The position numbers and the translations under genes are program-made. This document shows, piece by piece, positions 23,616-33,510 of a stretch of 64,000 bases of DNA; position 1 is the stretch's first letter; every line of letters starts with the position of its first letter. Source of the DNA: Candidatus Liberibacter ctenarytainae. GTDB lineage: Bacteria; Pseudomonadota; Alphaproteobacteria; Rhizobiales; Rhizobiaceae. The notes below the pieces were generated by a model. That model was not told the origin of the DNA and did no database searches. It saw only the letters and a program-made list of their open reading frames with translations. The stretch spans positions 10,357 through 74,356 of the forward strand of contig SEOL01000005.1 in NCBI GenBank assembly GCA_016808295.1, given 5' to 3'.

Positions 23616-23650
23616 TAAGAGATCAAACATAAATGTATGAAAAATGATTT

Positions 23651-25312
23651 TTACATCATATCCATTCCACCCATGCCACCCATGCCAGGCATACCACCAG
23701 CACCAGCAGGGGCTTTAGAAGATGAAGACTCATCTTTTGGAAAATCAGTTACAGAAGCTCCAGTAATTAACAACATAGATGCAACAGAAGCCGCAGATTG
23801 AAGAGCGTTGCGAACTACCTTCATAGGATCAACTATACCTTTCTCAAACATGTCACCAAAGACACAGTTCTGAGCATCATAGCCAAAGTTAATATTCTCA
23901 TTCTCTTTGATCTTACCTACAATGAGAGCAGCTTCCTCACCGGCATTTTTAGCGATTTGGTGACAAGGAGATACAAGAGCCTTGCGTAGAATTTCTACAC
24001 CAGCAGCCTGATCATCGTTATCAACCTCAACGGACAATGCCTGAGAAGCGCGAAGCAGCGCAGTTCCACCCCCCGCAACAATCCCTTCATCAATAGCAGC
24101 ACGTGTAGCATCGATAGAATCTTGATAGCATTCTTTTTTCTCATTCAATGCTGCTTCTGTCATTTCTCCAACATGCACAACAGCAACACCACAGGATAAT
24201 TTTGCTAAACGTTCTTTCAGCTTATCACGGTCATAATCTGATGTTGTGACTTCAATAGATGACTGAATCTCCTTAACACGAGCCTGAACTTTTCCTTGGT
24301 CACCAATGCCCCCAACGATTGTTGTGTCGTCTTTGGTTATGATAACTTTCTTAGCTGAACCTAGATCCTCAAGAGTCGTTTTTTCAAGTTTAACACCAAT
24401 CTCATCAGATACAAAAGTCGCTCCTACCAATACAGCGATATCCTGAAGAATTTGCTTACGACGATCACCAAAAGCCGGCGCTTTAACTGCAAATACTGGC
24501 AAACCACCACGCAACCTGTTGACAACAAGAGTCGCGAGCGCTTCTCCTTCTACATCTTCAGCAATAATCAGCAAAGAACGACCGGATTTTGCAATGGTTT
24601 CCAGCAAATTCAAAATAGGCTGTAGCGCTCCTATTTTCTTATCACATATCAGAATATGAGGATCGTCGATTTCACAACACATCTTTTCTGAATTGGTGAT
24701 GAAATAAGGAGATATAAATCCTCGTTCAAACTGCATACCTTCAACAAGATTGACTGTAGTATCTGCTGTTTTTGCAGTTTCAAGAGTCACAACACCGGTT
24801 GGACCAACTTGTTCTATTGCATGAGCAACATTTTTTCCAATTTCTCTGTTACCATTCGCAGAAATAGTCGCAACCTGAACAATTTCCTCGTGGGTCTCTA
24901 CTTTTTTACTATAACCTTTGAGTGTTTCTACCACTGCCTTGACAGCCGCTTCTATACCACGCTTCAAATCCATAGGATTTCTTCCAGAAGTCACAGCCTT
25001 CCGACCCTCATTGATGATAGCTTGAGCAAGGCAACTAGCAGTAGTTGTCCCATCACCTGAGCGATCATTTGTGCTGGTGGCTACAGATCTTATCATCCGA
25101 GCACCCACCTCCTGCAGCGGATCCTTAAGACTAATGTTCTTGGCAACAAAAACTCCGTCTTTAGTGACGCGAGGCTGTCCGTATTCACTTCCTATGACAA
25201 CATACTTTCCCCTCGGTCCAAGGGTACACTTAACAGCATCAGCAAGTATATTAACACCCTGCGCTATACCATCTTGGGCATAAGAACCCAATCTTACATC
25301 TTTAGCAGACAT
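23651..25312 (-). CDS. groEL: Chaperonin GroEL (Cpn60)
   Basis: MSAKDVRLG..., GDGTTTA, AVKAPAFGDRRK, and a C-terminal GGMPGMGGMGGMDMM tail. I chose ATG 25312, which has AGGAG 8 nt upstream. The ORF track begins 2 codons earlier at a TTG. Confidence 0.97.
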   Translation of the reverse strand: MSAKDVRLGSYAQDGIAQGVNILADAVKCTLGPRGKYVVIGSEYGQPRVTKDGVFVAKNISLKDPLQEVGARMIRSVATSTNDRSGDGTTTASCLAQAIINEGRKAVTSGRNPMDLKRGIEAAVKAVVETLKGYSKKVETHEEIVQVATISANGNREIGKNVAHAIEQVGPTGVVTLETAKTADTTVNLVEGMQFERGFISPYFITNSEKMCCEIDDPHILICDKKIGALQPILNLLETIAKSGRSLLIIAEDVEGEALATLVVNRLRGGLPVFAVKAPAFGDRRKQILQDIAVLVGATFVSDEIGVKLEKTTLEDLGSAKKVIITKDDTTIVGGIGDQGKVQARVKEIQSSIEVTTSDYDRDKLKERLAKLSCGVAVVHVGEMTEAALNEKKECYQDSIDATRAAIDEGIVAGGGTALLRASQALSVEVDNDDQAAGVEILRKALVSPCHQIAKNAGEEAALIVGKIKENENINFGYDAQNCVFGDMFEKGIVDPMKVVRNALQSAASVASMLLITGASVTDFPKDESSSSKAPAGAGGMPGMGGMGGMDMM

Positions 25313-25407
25313 AAACAAAACTCCTAATTTTTACACAATCTATACAAAAACATTTCCAAAGAGGCTAGACCATGATAAAGACTATAATGTTCTTAATCAT
25401 GACTTAT

Positions 25408-25713
25408 TTAAGCCATGATACCCATGATATCTGACTCTTGCATAATGAGATACTCATTACCATCAATTTTTATTTCAGTTCCAGACCACTTCCCAAAAAT
25501 CACTATATCACCAGTCTTTACTTCAGGAGGAACAACATTTCCAGCTTGGTCTCTAACACCTTCACCAACCCAAATTACTTCACCTTCGCAAGGCTTTTCA
25601 GCAGCAGTGTCAGGTATTATAATACCACCGCTAGTCACCATTTCACTTTCCAAACGGCGTACCGCCACACGACCTCTTGTCGGACGCAAACAGCGTTTAT
25701 GCTTACCTACCAT
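25408..25713 (-). CDS. groES: Co-chaperonin GroES (Cpn10)
   Basis: 101 aa from ATG 25713 ([24 protein letters not shown]...[13 protein letters not shown]...), with an AGGAG RBS 7 nt upstream. The longer 124-aa ORF in the track adds a non-conserved N-terminus. Confidence 0.92.
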   Translation of the reverse strand: MVGKHKRCLRPTRGRVAVRRLESEMVTSGGIIIPDTAAEKPCEGEVIWVGEGVRDQAGNVVPPEVKTGDIVIFGKWSGTEIKIDGNEYLIMQESDIMGIMA

Positions 25714-25781
25714 ATTTTCACTCCTAATGAAACAAAGACAAAGAATATACACTCGCAAGAAACCAAAACGAATTACTTGCA

Positions 25782-25823
25782 TTATCAGCCCTCTGACCTT
25801 CTGGCCTATTGGAGTACTGACAA
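25782..25823 (-). promoter_or_regulatory. CIRCE-like inverted repeat (candidate HrcA operator) with atypical 18-nt spacer
   Basis: The minus strand reads TTGTCAGTACTC-N18-GAGGGCTGATAA. Each 9-nt core matches the CIRCE consensus half-sites TTAGCACTC / GAGTGCTAA at 7 of 9 positions. It lies immediately downstream of the predicted -10, where CIRCE normally sits, but the canonical spacer is 9 nt. Confidence 0.35.
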
Positions 25824-25828
25824 CTAGT

Positions 25829-25857
25829 TATCTAGGTACAAACAGACATGAAGTCAA
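25829..25857 (-). promoter_or_regulatory. Candidate groESL promoter
   Basis: Minus strand: TTGACT (25857-25852), a 17-nt spacer, then TAGATA (25834-25829). It lies about 115 nt upstream of the groES ATG. It also resembles the alphaproteobacterial sigma-32 pattern CTTG-N17-CYTAT. Confidence 0.45.
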
Positions 25858-26001
25858 GAGACAAACCAAAGAATAAGTTAAAAGAAAAAATGAACCTATT
25901 ATTGAAAAATAAGCATAATTGCGGAAAAATTATACAAACCGATTCACATTCAACGTCCTATTCAATAATCTTGAATTATCTACTACACACGAGGAATCCA
26001 A

Positions 26002-26859
26002 ATGCTCAAAACGGTCACAGAAATTACGTCTCTCGGTCAAATTTCACAACTTTATGACATTATTCTATGCGATGTATGGGGAGTTCTACACAATGGCATA
26101 AAACTCTTTCCCGATAGTATAGATGCCCTGCAAAAAGCTCGTCTAAACGGCTTAAAGGTTATATTATTGACTAATTCACCGCGCCCCTCTTCAAGTGTGA
26201 TCTCCCATATAAAAGCACTAGGATCCTCTCAAATATTCTGGGACGATATGATCACTTCTGGCGATTTAACTTATCATTTAATCACAAAAGAATCTCCCAA
26301 AATATTTTTTATAGGACCCGCAAGAGATCATGTATTGCTAGAAGGACTAAATATTAAAATAGTTGACGAAAAAGATGCCGAAACAATAGTATGTACTGGT
26401 CTATATAATGATGAAACAGAAACCCCTGAAGAGTATTATATGCTTTTACAACGTTTTGCGCGGCGCAAAGTTCCCTTTATCTGCGCCAACCCTGACATAG
26501 TAGCCAACCGTGGTGACAAGATTATTCCTTGTGCTGGTGCACTAGCAAAAATCTATCAACAACTTCATGGGAATGTAAAAATGATAGGAAAACCCCATTT
26601 CCCTATTTATGAAATGGCCTTAAAAAAAATATCTGTTTTATGTCATTCATCAAACAAAAAACGTATACTTGCTATAGGCGATGGGATTGAAACTGATATT
26701 AAGGGCGCCCTAAAAGCCGAATTAGATACATTGTATGTCAGCAGAGGAATTCATATGCACGAATATTTAACACATGATCAAATTGATGTACCAATGATGC
26801 ATAATTTCTTTCGCAAAAAAAATCTCTATCCTCACTGGTGGATTCAGCAATTAATCTAA
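26002..26859 (+). CDS. HAD-superfamily class IIA hydrolase (TIGR01459-like)
   Basis: 285 aa with the HAD motif I DVWGVLHNG, LTNSPR, and the C-terminal GDGIETDIKGA motif. It lies upstream of ribF, as in Rhizobiales. A GAGGAA RBS is present. Confidence 0.75.
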   Translation: MLKTVTEITSLGQISQLYDIILCDVWGVLHNGIKLFPDSIDALQKARLNGLKVILLTNSPRPSSSVISHIKALGSSQIFWDDMITSGDLTYHLITKESPKIFFIGPARDHVLLEGLNIKIVDEKDAETIVCTGLYNDETETPEEYYMLLQRFARRKVPFICANPDIVANRGDKIIPCAGALAKIYQQLHGNVKMIGKPHFPIYEMALKKISVLCHSSNKKRILAIGDGIETDIKGALKAELDTLYVSRGIHMHEYLTHDQIDVPMMHNFFRKKNLYPHWWIQQLI

Positions 26860-26871
26860 ACAAGGATAACT

Positions 26872-27846
26872 ATGGAAGTTTTTCACAATATTGATATCAC
26901 ACAGCCACTACCCAAACATCTAAAAGGAGGTGTGATAGCTATAGGAAATTTTGACGGAATACATTGTGGACATCACGCCATATTACAACACGCCATAAAC
27001 ATTGCAGACGGCGCCCCAACCATAGTGCTTCTCTTTAATCCTCACCCTCGAACCATCCTCAAACCCGATATCCCAGTATTTACACTCATACCGCAATCTG
27101 TGCAGCCCAAAATCCTCAAAAATATGGGACTTTCTGCACTAATTAGATATCATTTTACTGCACAAATGGCTGATTATTCCGCCGATACATTTGTTCAAAA
27201 GATACTCGTTGAATGGTTGGAAGCCAAACAAGTCATTACAGGAAACCAGTTTCGGTTTGGAAAAAATCGTTCTGGTGACAAAAATTTCTTACAACGAAGC
27301 GGAAAAGAGTATGGATTTAGCAGCATATTCGTTGATGAATTGCGCGACGATTCCTGTCAAATTATATCTTCAAGCCGTATTAGACAGGCCCTAAATGGCG
27401 GAAAAGTCAAAGAAGCATCCCAGATGCTTGGGTATCATTTTACCGTTGAATCAGAAGTCGTTCACGGGAAAAAATTGGGGCGCAAATTGGGGTTTCCTAC
27501 CGCCAATATGAAGTTGACGTCGGCAATGTCTCTCAAAGAAGGTGTTTATACTATTCGTTTTCGCACACCAGACAATAAATCTTATTGTGGCATTGCCAAC
27601 TTTGGCCGAAGCCCTACTATTACTCAAAATGGACCTCTCCTATTAGAGAGCTTTCTGTTTAACTTTTCCAAAGAAATCTATGGGCAAATATGCACTGTGT
27701 CATTTTTTGATTTCTTGCGATCAGAAATAAAGTGTCAAGACTTGGATGAACTAAAAGAATATATGCGAGCAGACGAAAGAAAGGCACATGAACTTCTGGC
27801 CAAAGACTCTCCTCTGAGCGATAGAGATCTCCTGATATGTTTTTAA
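26872..27846 (+). CDS. ribF: Bifunctional riboflavin kinase / FMN adenylyltransferase
   Basis: 324 aa with GNFDGIHCGHHAIL (FAD synthetase) and GKKLGRKLGFPTANM (riboflavin kinase) motifs. Confidence 0.92.
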   Translation: MEVFHNIDITQPLPKHLKGGVIAIGNFDGIHCGHHAILQHAINIADGAPTIVLLFNPHPRTILKPDIPVFTLIPQSVQPKILKNMGLSALIRYHFTAQMADYSADTFVQKILVEWLEAKQVITGNQFRFGKNRSGDKNFLQRSGKEYGFSSIFVDELRDDSCQIISSSRIRQALNGGKVKEASQMLGYHFTVESEVVHGKKLGRKLGFPTANMKLTSAMSLKEGVYTIRFRTPDNKSYCGIANFGRSPTITQNGPLLLESFLFNFSKEIYGQICTVSFFDFLRSEIKCQDLDELKEYMRADERKAHELLAKDSPLSDRDLLICF

Positions 27847-28460
27847 CATCGTATTCCCCTCATCCTCACATCTCAAGCCCAAAATATTGCTCAATACTAG
27901 AGCTGTTCCAGCTTCGAAGATTCATAGTTGTTTCATAGGATATACGCTATATGGAATACGGATTTATTGCATAATTAAAATGCTGTTTCTATTTCTGGCT
28001 GCTCTAACTCTGAGAGATGCATTCATATGGATGCATGACATCAAAACATGTAACTCATCAGAGAATACACTCAAAACGATCAATCCGTAATTCCTCAAAG
28101 GCAAGAAAAAAGAGATTCTTATTTATTTGGCATCCCTCTACCTCTAACCCTCCTGAGGACTATAATACAAGAACGCAAGGAGTAATTCTGTCCAGTTATA
28201 GCGCCACCCCTATCCGGGGCACTGCCCATAAAAGATATCTTCATTTTCAGCCTTGAAGTAATGGAGCGTTTATCTTATCTTGGCCAATAATCGGTCTATG
28301 CTTATATAACCTTGCATCGTTTTATCTGTAATATTTCTCTTAAGCATTGCTCATTATCAATGCATATGGCATTTCTATAGAAACAATTTTCTGCAGTTTC
28401 TATGCTGGACAAAGACAGTAATATTGCGCTATACTTTTTTATATATGAAGTTGTTTCCAC

Positions 28461-28536
<76 letters not shown>

Positions 28537-28962
28537 CATTATCGAGGCTTGTCCTTATAAACAACCATACTTGTGACGACATTGAACACCTTCATCCTTC
28601 TCTCCATACCTCCTACTCAATCGTGAGGACGATAGTTTGAGAGAATCACTTTACATGCGTCTTCCCCGCCTTACAAAATACTGTTCTCGTCTGAAACAAC
28701 GATTAGACATATCTTGATCATTCCACATAATGTTCATTAACACTTGATATAACCTCATAAAAACGTCCAAAAATATTGCAATTATAATCCTTGGAACAAG
28801 TCAATGACACACAATCCATCTGTAGGTTATGTTGTTGTAAAAATACTATATAGCATTTATGTAAAATACTATATATATGAGGTAAGGATGAAGTATTGTT
28901 GAGAGTTTTTGTGTTTATTTATCAATATTCACCTTTATAGCTTTACAACTAAGGAGTCATCT

Positions 28963-30246
28963 ATGACGAATCCTGACTATTCTAGTGCTCATTATCGCGG
29001 AAGTGTGCAAAACACAAAAATATACGTCTTTGTTTTGTTCTTTTTATTTGGAGGAGTAACTAGTTTAAACTCTATCCTTATTCCCAAACTACAAAGCGTC
29101 TTTTCTCTTACTTATCTGGAGTCCATGTTCGTTGAATCTGCTTTCTTCGCTTGTTATTTTTTCTTTTCCATACCAGCGGGACTACTCGTTCAACGATACG
29201 GCTATATAAAAACCACATGCATAGGATTGCTGACAATGTCAGTGGGCTGTCTGCTTTTTATGACAACCACGCAAGTGACGATATTTGAAATATTCTTGTT
29301 TGCATTATGTATCTTAGCGATAGGTGTTGTAATTATTCAGGTGGTGTCTAATCCCCTGATTTCTTTGCTCGGGGCACCTGATTCTGCTCCCAGCAGATTA
29401 ACTTTTGCACAAATGTTTAATTCTTTAGGAACAACTATTTTTCCATATATTGGCTCTATATTTCTTTTAGGAGATATATCCACAATCAATATTTCCTCCC
29501 TGTCCAGCGCAGAAGTCATGGCCTATCAGACGAGTCAAGCATATGCCATATCAAATATATATCTGGTTCTTGCAGTCATTTTGCTCCTCGTTTCCATATT
29601 ATGTTGGATAGAAAAAAGTCATTTCCCTGCTCCGGAAAAAATAAAACAAAAAACGCCTTTTCTGAAAACATTTAATCTTTTGAAAAATTATCGATTTGCA
29701 GCAGGAGCAATATGTATATTTCTTTACGTTGGTGCAGAAGTAGCCATTGGCAGTATCATGGTAAATTATCTTATGCGTGAAGACACCCTTCACCTTAGTG
29801 GAATATCTGCTGGTCAGCATACCGCAATATATTGGGGGAGTGCAATGATTGGTCGTTTCATAGGCGTTTGGTTGCTTTATCGCTATTCTGCCGCAAGAAT
29901 TTTATCTACATTCGCTGCTACTGCATTTTCTCTGCTCATCATTTCTTCTTCTACTACTGGCCTCATATCAGGGTGGTCTCTCATATCGATTGGTCTGTTT
30001 AATTCCATCATTTTTCCCACCATTTTCTCTCTAGCTAGCGTTGGACTTAAGGACCGAGCACCAGAAGGTTCCGGCATTATTTGTACAGCCATATCAGGAG
30101 GCGTTTTTATACCTTTAATTTTTGGATATATAGCAGATATCAAAACCTTACGAGTAGCGCTATTGATTCCATCTTTGTGCTATATTATCATCGCTTTATA
30201 CGGCTTATTCTTCTTATATCAAAAACAAAAAAAGGGCGCTCTATAA
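28963..30246 (+). CDS. MFS transporter, FucP / glucose-galactose (GluP)-like sugar:H+ symporter
   Basis: About 12 predicted TM helices and FHS-family-like sequence (GGVTSLNSILIPKLQSVF..., FAQMFNSLGTTI). I chose ATG 28963, preceded by AAGGAG at 28951-28956. The ORF track starts 18 codons earlier. Confidence 0.7.
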   Translation: MTNPDYSSAHYRGSVQNTKIYVFVLFFLFGGVTSLNSILIPKLQSVFSLTYLESMFVESAFFACYFFFSIPAGLLVQRYGYIKTTCIGLLTMSVGCLLFMTTTQVTIFEIFLFALCILAIGVVIIQVVSNPLISLLGAPDSAPSRLTFAQMFNSLGTTIFPYIGSIFLLGDISTINISSLSSAEVMAYQTSQAYAISNIYLVLAVILLLVSILCWIEKSHFPAPEKIKQKTPFLKTFNLLKNYRFAAGAICIFLYVGAEVAIGSIMVNYLMREDTLHLSGISAGQHTAIYWGSAMIGRFIGVWLLYRYSAARILSTFAATAFSLLIISSSTTGLISGWSLISIGLFNSIIFPTIFSLASVGLKDRAPEGSGIICTAISGGVFIPLIFGYIADIKTLRVALLIPSLCYIIIALYGLFFLYQKQKKGAL

Positions 30247-31395
30247 ATCACTCAAAAAGAGTGACTTACGCATTACTAGGTGACGTAAAGGTGTTATTCT
30301 TTCTAATGCATGACACGTTCCGGCGCGTAGAATCTGTAAAAATGGGTATTTTGAAAACAATGATCGATTGAATAGATCCGTGCCTATTACCCTTTTTATG
30401 ATATCTCCACGACGGATAGCGTGAAAGCGATCTCCTACATTCTTAAAAGAAGTTTGATTATTACGTATTAAATCCAGCAAGACAATAACATCTCGCATTG
30501 ATAAATTGAAACCTTGCGCACATATCGGCGGGAGAGAATGTGCAGATTCTCCAACAAGAATTACTCTCCCCTGACCGAAACGATGTGAAATCATTCCTGA
30601 CAATGGAAAACTCTGAACCTCAGTTATAATTTCGATAGCCCCCAGGAAAGAATATAAAGACTGCTCCATTTTGCGAGACAACTCCTCCAAAGGAATCTTC
30701 ATGTATAATTTTGCCTCCTGCGGCTCCATTATCCATACAAATCCAGAACAATTATCCATCATAGGAACCTGAGTCATTGTTCCTGGAAATTTATGCAATT
30801 CTGTACATAAACCATTATGCGGTATAGAATGCTTAAAGTTAAATACAAGCGCTGTTTGTGGATAAAGCCATTGTTTTTCCCCAAAACAAAGTTTTTTTCG
30901 GATATGTGAATGACGTCCATCACTTCCAACAAGCAATCGACTTGTCATTCTTTCTCCTGTAGAAAGCAAGACACTCACCTCTTTTTCTTCTACCTGCACC
31001 TCGTCAACTACCGCATCAAAACAATGAATTAGAGCATTTCGTGATATTTCTTGTTTGAGAATTGTCATTAATGCATGATTGGAAAAATTATAACCAAATG
31101 ATTCTAAACCAATTTCAGAAGACTGAAATATTGCATCTGGAGCGCTGATCAAACTACCTGTCATATCAAGAATCTTGATAGCAGATATAGGAGTCGCAGC
31201 ATGCTGAAGAGAATCCCACACACCTATCTCTTTCAAAAAGCAGATACCTTCATCCATAAGCATAGTCGTACGCAAATCTTGAAAATGGGATAAAGGAGAA
31301 ACAAGCGCTGTGGAAAGACCCTTCCTTGCTGCACCAAGTGCAACAAGAGAACCCGCAAGACCTCCACCTACAACAATGACATCTAAACCATTCAT
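30241..31395 (-). CDS. FAD-dependent monooxygenase, UbiH/UbiF/VisC/COQ6 family (ubiquinone hydroxylase)
   Basis: 384 aa with an N-terminal Rossmann motif DVIVVGGGLAGSLVA, plus LLVGSDGRHSHIR and VGESAHSLPPICAQGFNLSMRD motifs. Its 3' end overlaps the convergent MFS gene by 6 nt. Confidence 0.8.
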   Translation of the reverse strand: MNGLDVIVVGGGLAGSLVALGAARKGLSTALVSPLSHFQDLRTTMLMDEGICFLKEIGVWDSLQHAATPISAIKILDMTGSLISAPDAIFQSSEIGLESFGYNFSNHALMTILKQEISRNALIHCFDAVVDEVQVEEKEVSVLLSTGERMTSRLLVGSDGRHSHIRKKLCFGEKQWLYPQTALVFNFKHSIPHNGLCTELHKFPGTMTQVPMMDNCSGFVWIMEPQEAKLYMKIPLEELSRKMEQSLYSFLGAIEIITEVQSFPLSGMISHRFGQGRVILVGESAHSLPPICAQGFNLSMRDVIVLLDLIRNNQTSFKNVGDRFHAIRRGDIIKRVIGTDLFNRSLFSKYPFLQILRAGTCHALERITPLRHLVMRKSLFLSDL

Positions 31396-31564
31396 TTCAT
31401 GTACCTTGACTATATTATACTGAACACAGTTATGTGTACTAATAGCATTATACTTCCTAAGAAAAATGAATGATTTTTCTATTCGATGTGTATATCATAA
31501 AATACCCTGTAAGGGATGAATTTTTCACATTTGACAAAAGACAGAAATATGGTACGAAGATTAG

Positions 31565-32335
31565 ATGGAAAAACATCAGGATGAAGATACCAAAATGAGT
31601 GCTAAAATAGCTTGTAATAAACTTTCACATGAACGCATTCGTGCGTTTTCCGTCCATGTCCTGACTGCGTCTGGTTCTTTGCTTGCACTCTTGGGAGTTG
31701 TAGCTGCTGCTCAATATCGATTTGTCGATATGTTTTGGTGGCTCGGATTAGCGCTTATTGTAGATGGATTCGACGGTCCTATTGCACGCAGGATGCGCGT
31801 GAAGGAAATCCTTCCCGATTGGTCTGGAGACAAACTTGATAACATCATTGATTATCTAACATACGTTGTTCTTCCTGCTTTTGCACTTTATCAGAGCAAT
31901 GTACTAGGCAGTATCCTTTCATCACTAGCCGCTGGGATGATTGTTATTTCAAGCGCTATTTATTATGCCCGTGCACATATGAAGACAGAAGATCATTTTT
32001 TTTGTGGATTTCCCGCCGTATGGAATATGGTCGTTTTTTTTATTTTTGCACTCAATCCTAGTGTTTTTGTATCTGCAACAATCATCTTTACCTCTGTCAT
32101 TCTGACATTCGTACCAATTAAGTTTTTACATCCGACACGAGTTGTCCAACTACGTCCTCTGAATATTTCTGTCTGCTGTTGCTGGTTTTCTTTAGGGTTC
32201 TATTACTTGATTTCAAATTTTCAAGTATCACCTTGGGTCAATAATGTGTTTTCCCTATGCGGAATTTATCTATATAGTATAGGTGCTATTTTACAATACT
32301 TTTCTAAGCCAAACAAAGAACAAAAAAATCACTGA
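31565..32335 (+). CDS. pcs: Phosphatidylcholine synthase (CDP-alcohol phosphatidyltransferase family)
   Basis: IRAFSVHVLTASGS...VDGFDGPIARRMRVKEILPDWSGDKLDNIIDYLTYVVLPAF closely matches rhizobial Pcs. The start may instead be ATG 31595 (MSAKI...). Confidence 0.85.
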   Translation: MEKHQDEDTKMSAKIACNKLSHERIRAFSVHVLTASGSLLALLGVVAAAQYRFVDMFWWLGLALIVDGFDGPIARRMRVKEILPDWSGDKLDNIIDYLTYVVLPAFALYQSNVLGSILSSLAAGMIVISSAIYYARAHMKTEDHFFCGFPAVWNMVVFFIFALNPSVFVSATIIFTSVILTFVPIKFLHPTRVVQLRPLNISVCCCWFSLGFYYLISNFQVSPWVNNVFSLCGIYLYSIGAILQYFSKPNKEQKNH

Positions 32336-32996
32336 TGGCTTCATCCTGCGATCAAACAGAAAATGAATGCAGTTAGGTCATTATTTCCTTTCCTATTTCA
32401 GATCTATTATCCGCACAAACTATGAAAAATATTGAAGATATGCAATCAATTCATTCCGACATAAAATGAGTGATCTTTGTTGTTTTGAATCATGTGCAAT
32501 CAAAATGATAAATTTGTCTTATAACCGAAATATTCTACATTTTAGTAGAAATAGTTATAGATCATATGATGATTTTCGAAATCTCTGTCATTAATCAATA
32601 TCAATCAGGATTGGATATTCTTAAACGAGAAAAAATAACACTTCTGTGTATTCATAAATAGTATTATTATGGAACTTCAATATTCATGATCTCTTCACAC
32701 TCGTAGAAAAAATACTTGAATGATTTAAAACAGAAAAATCTGAAAGAAATACTTTTAATTATTTCTTCTTCTCTTTTCATCGCCACTAAAAATAATGTCT
32801 ATTATGGACAACTACGACACGACTCATCGCTTGCTTCACATTGACTGTCTGCGCATCTTATCTAAAACAACTTATTCACAAAAGAACACTGTTTCGTTGA
32901 TACTATTACCATTTTTAAAACAATGAAGCCATCATCTCAAGGTGATAATCACTGCCTGTAAAACGAAACTTAAAAACAAAAACACTTCAATCAAAT

Positions 32997-33070
32997 TGGC
33001 TGGGGTGCCTGGATTCGAACCAGGGATCGCGGTATCAAAAACCACTGCCTTGCCACTTGGCTACACCCCA
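32997..33070 (-). tRNA. tRNA-Gln (anticodon TTG)
   Basis: The reverse complement is TGGGGTGTAGCCAAGTGGCAAGGCAGTGGTTTTTGATACCGCGATCCCTGGTTCGAATCCAGGCACCCCAGCCA. It has the U1-A72 pair typical of tRNA-Gln, anticodon loop TTTTGAT, and encoded CCA. Confidence 0.95.
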
Positions 33071-33510
33071 ACAATGAAGAAAATTTTACTATTGTACACG
33101 TAACGACCAATGCTGAAACGCTTTTTTGTCATATCTTGTCGCATATAGCAATAGTATCTCGCAACATTTTGAAGAGTATTATCTTTCTCTACGATCTATC
33201 TATCGTTAATGTTTTACCATAATGAACATAAAATACAATTTATTTCTGTTGTTCAGAGAAAAATAACGGTTGATCTCACTTAGAAGATCATAGAATCCTA
33301 TCTTCGCAACTGCGACAAAAATTCTATCCAGATAGAATCTGGGATAATCTATCAATCATCATTCAAGTGATATTTCTAGAAATATACAGAACAATATGAA
33401 GAACTTTTATAATAAGATTACCTCTTGAGGTCAGAAAATATTTATGGATGATTGATAGTCATAGCAATATTGCAGAAAAAGGTATATAATAGCAGTTATA
33501 GAGGTGTGGT

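Noticed and set aside
25415-25876. 153-aa and 129-aa plus-strand ORFs (25415-25876, 25438-25827) overlapping groES
   Set aside because: They are antisense to a highly conserved gene and have low-complexity composition (Ser/Thr/Pro/Ile-rich) with no motifs. These are typical shadow ORFs. The same applies to the other antisense ORFs in the track, for example 1504-1839, 2403-2750, 7078-7392, 16339-16641, 17211-17534, 20706-20993 and 21807-22115.
25714-26001. Gene-orientation switch (almost everything left of about 25.8 kb is on the minus strand, most genes to the right are on the plus strand), suggesting a replication origin
   Set aside because: The divergent region is only about 290 bp and is fully accounted for by the groESL and HAD-hydrolase promoters. 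It contains no DnaA-box or CtrA-site (TTAA-N7-TTAA) clusters, and no hemE, dnaA or parAB markers are nearby. Several minus-strand genes also occur to the right. The left-hand bias is simply one long operon block.
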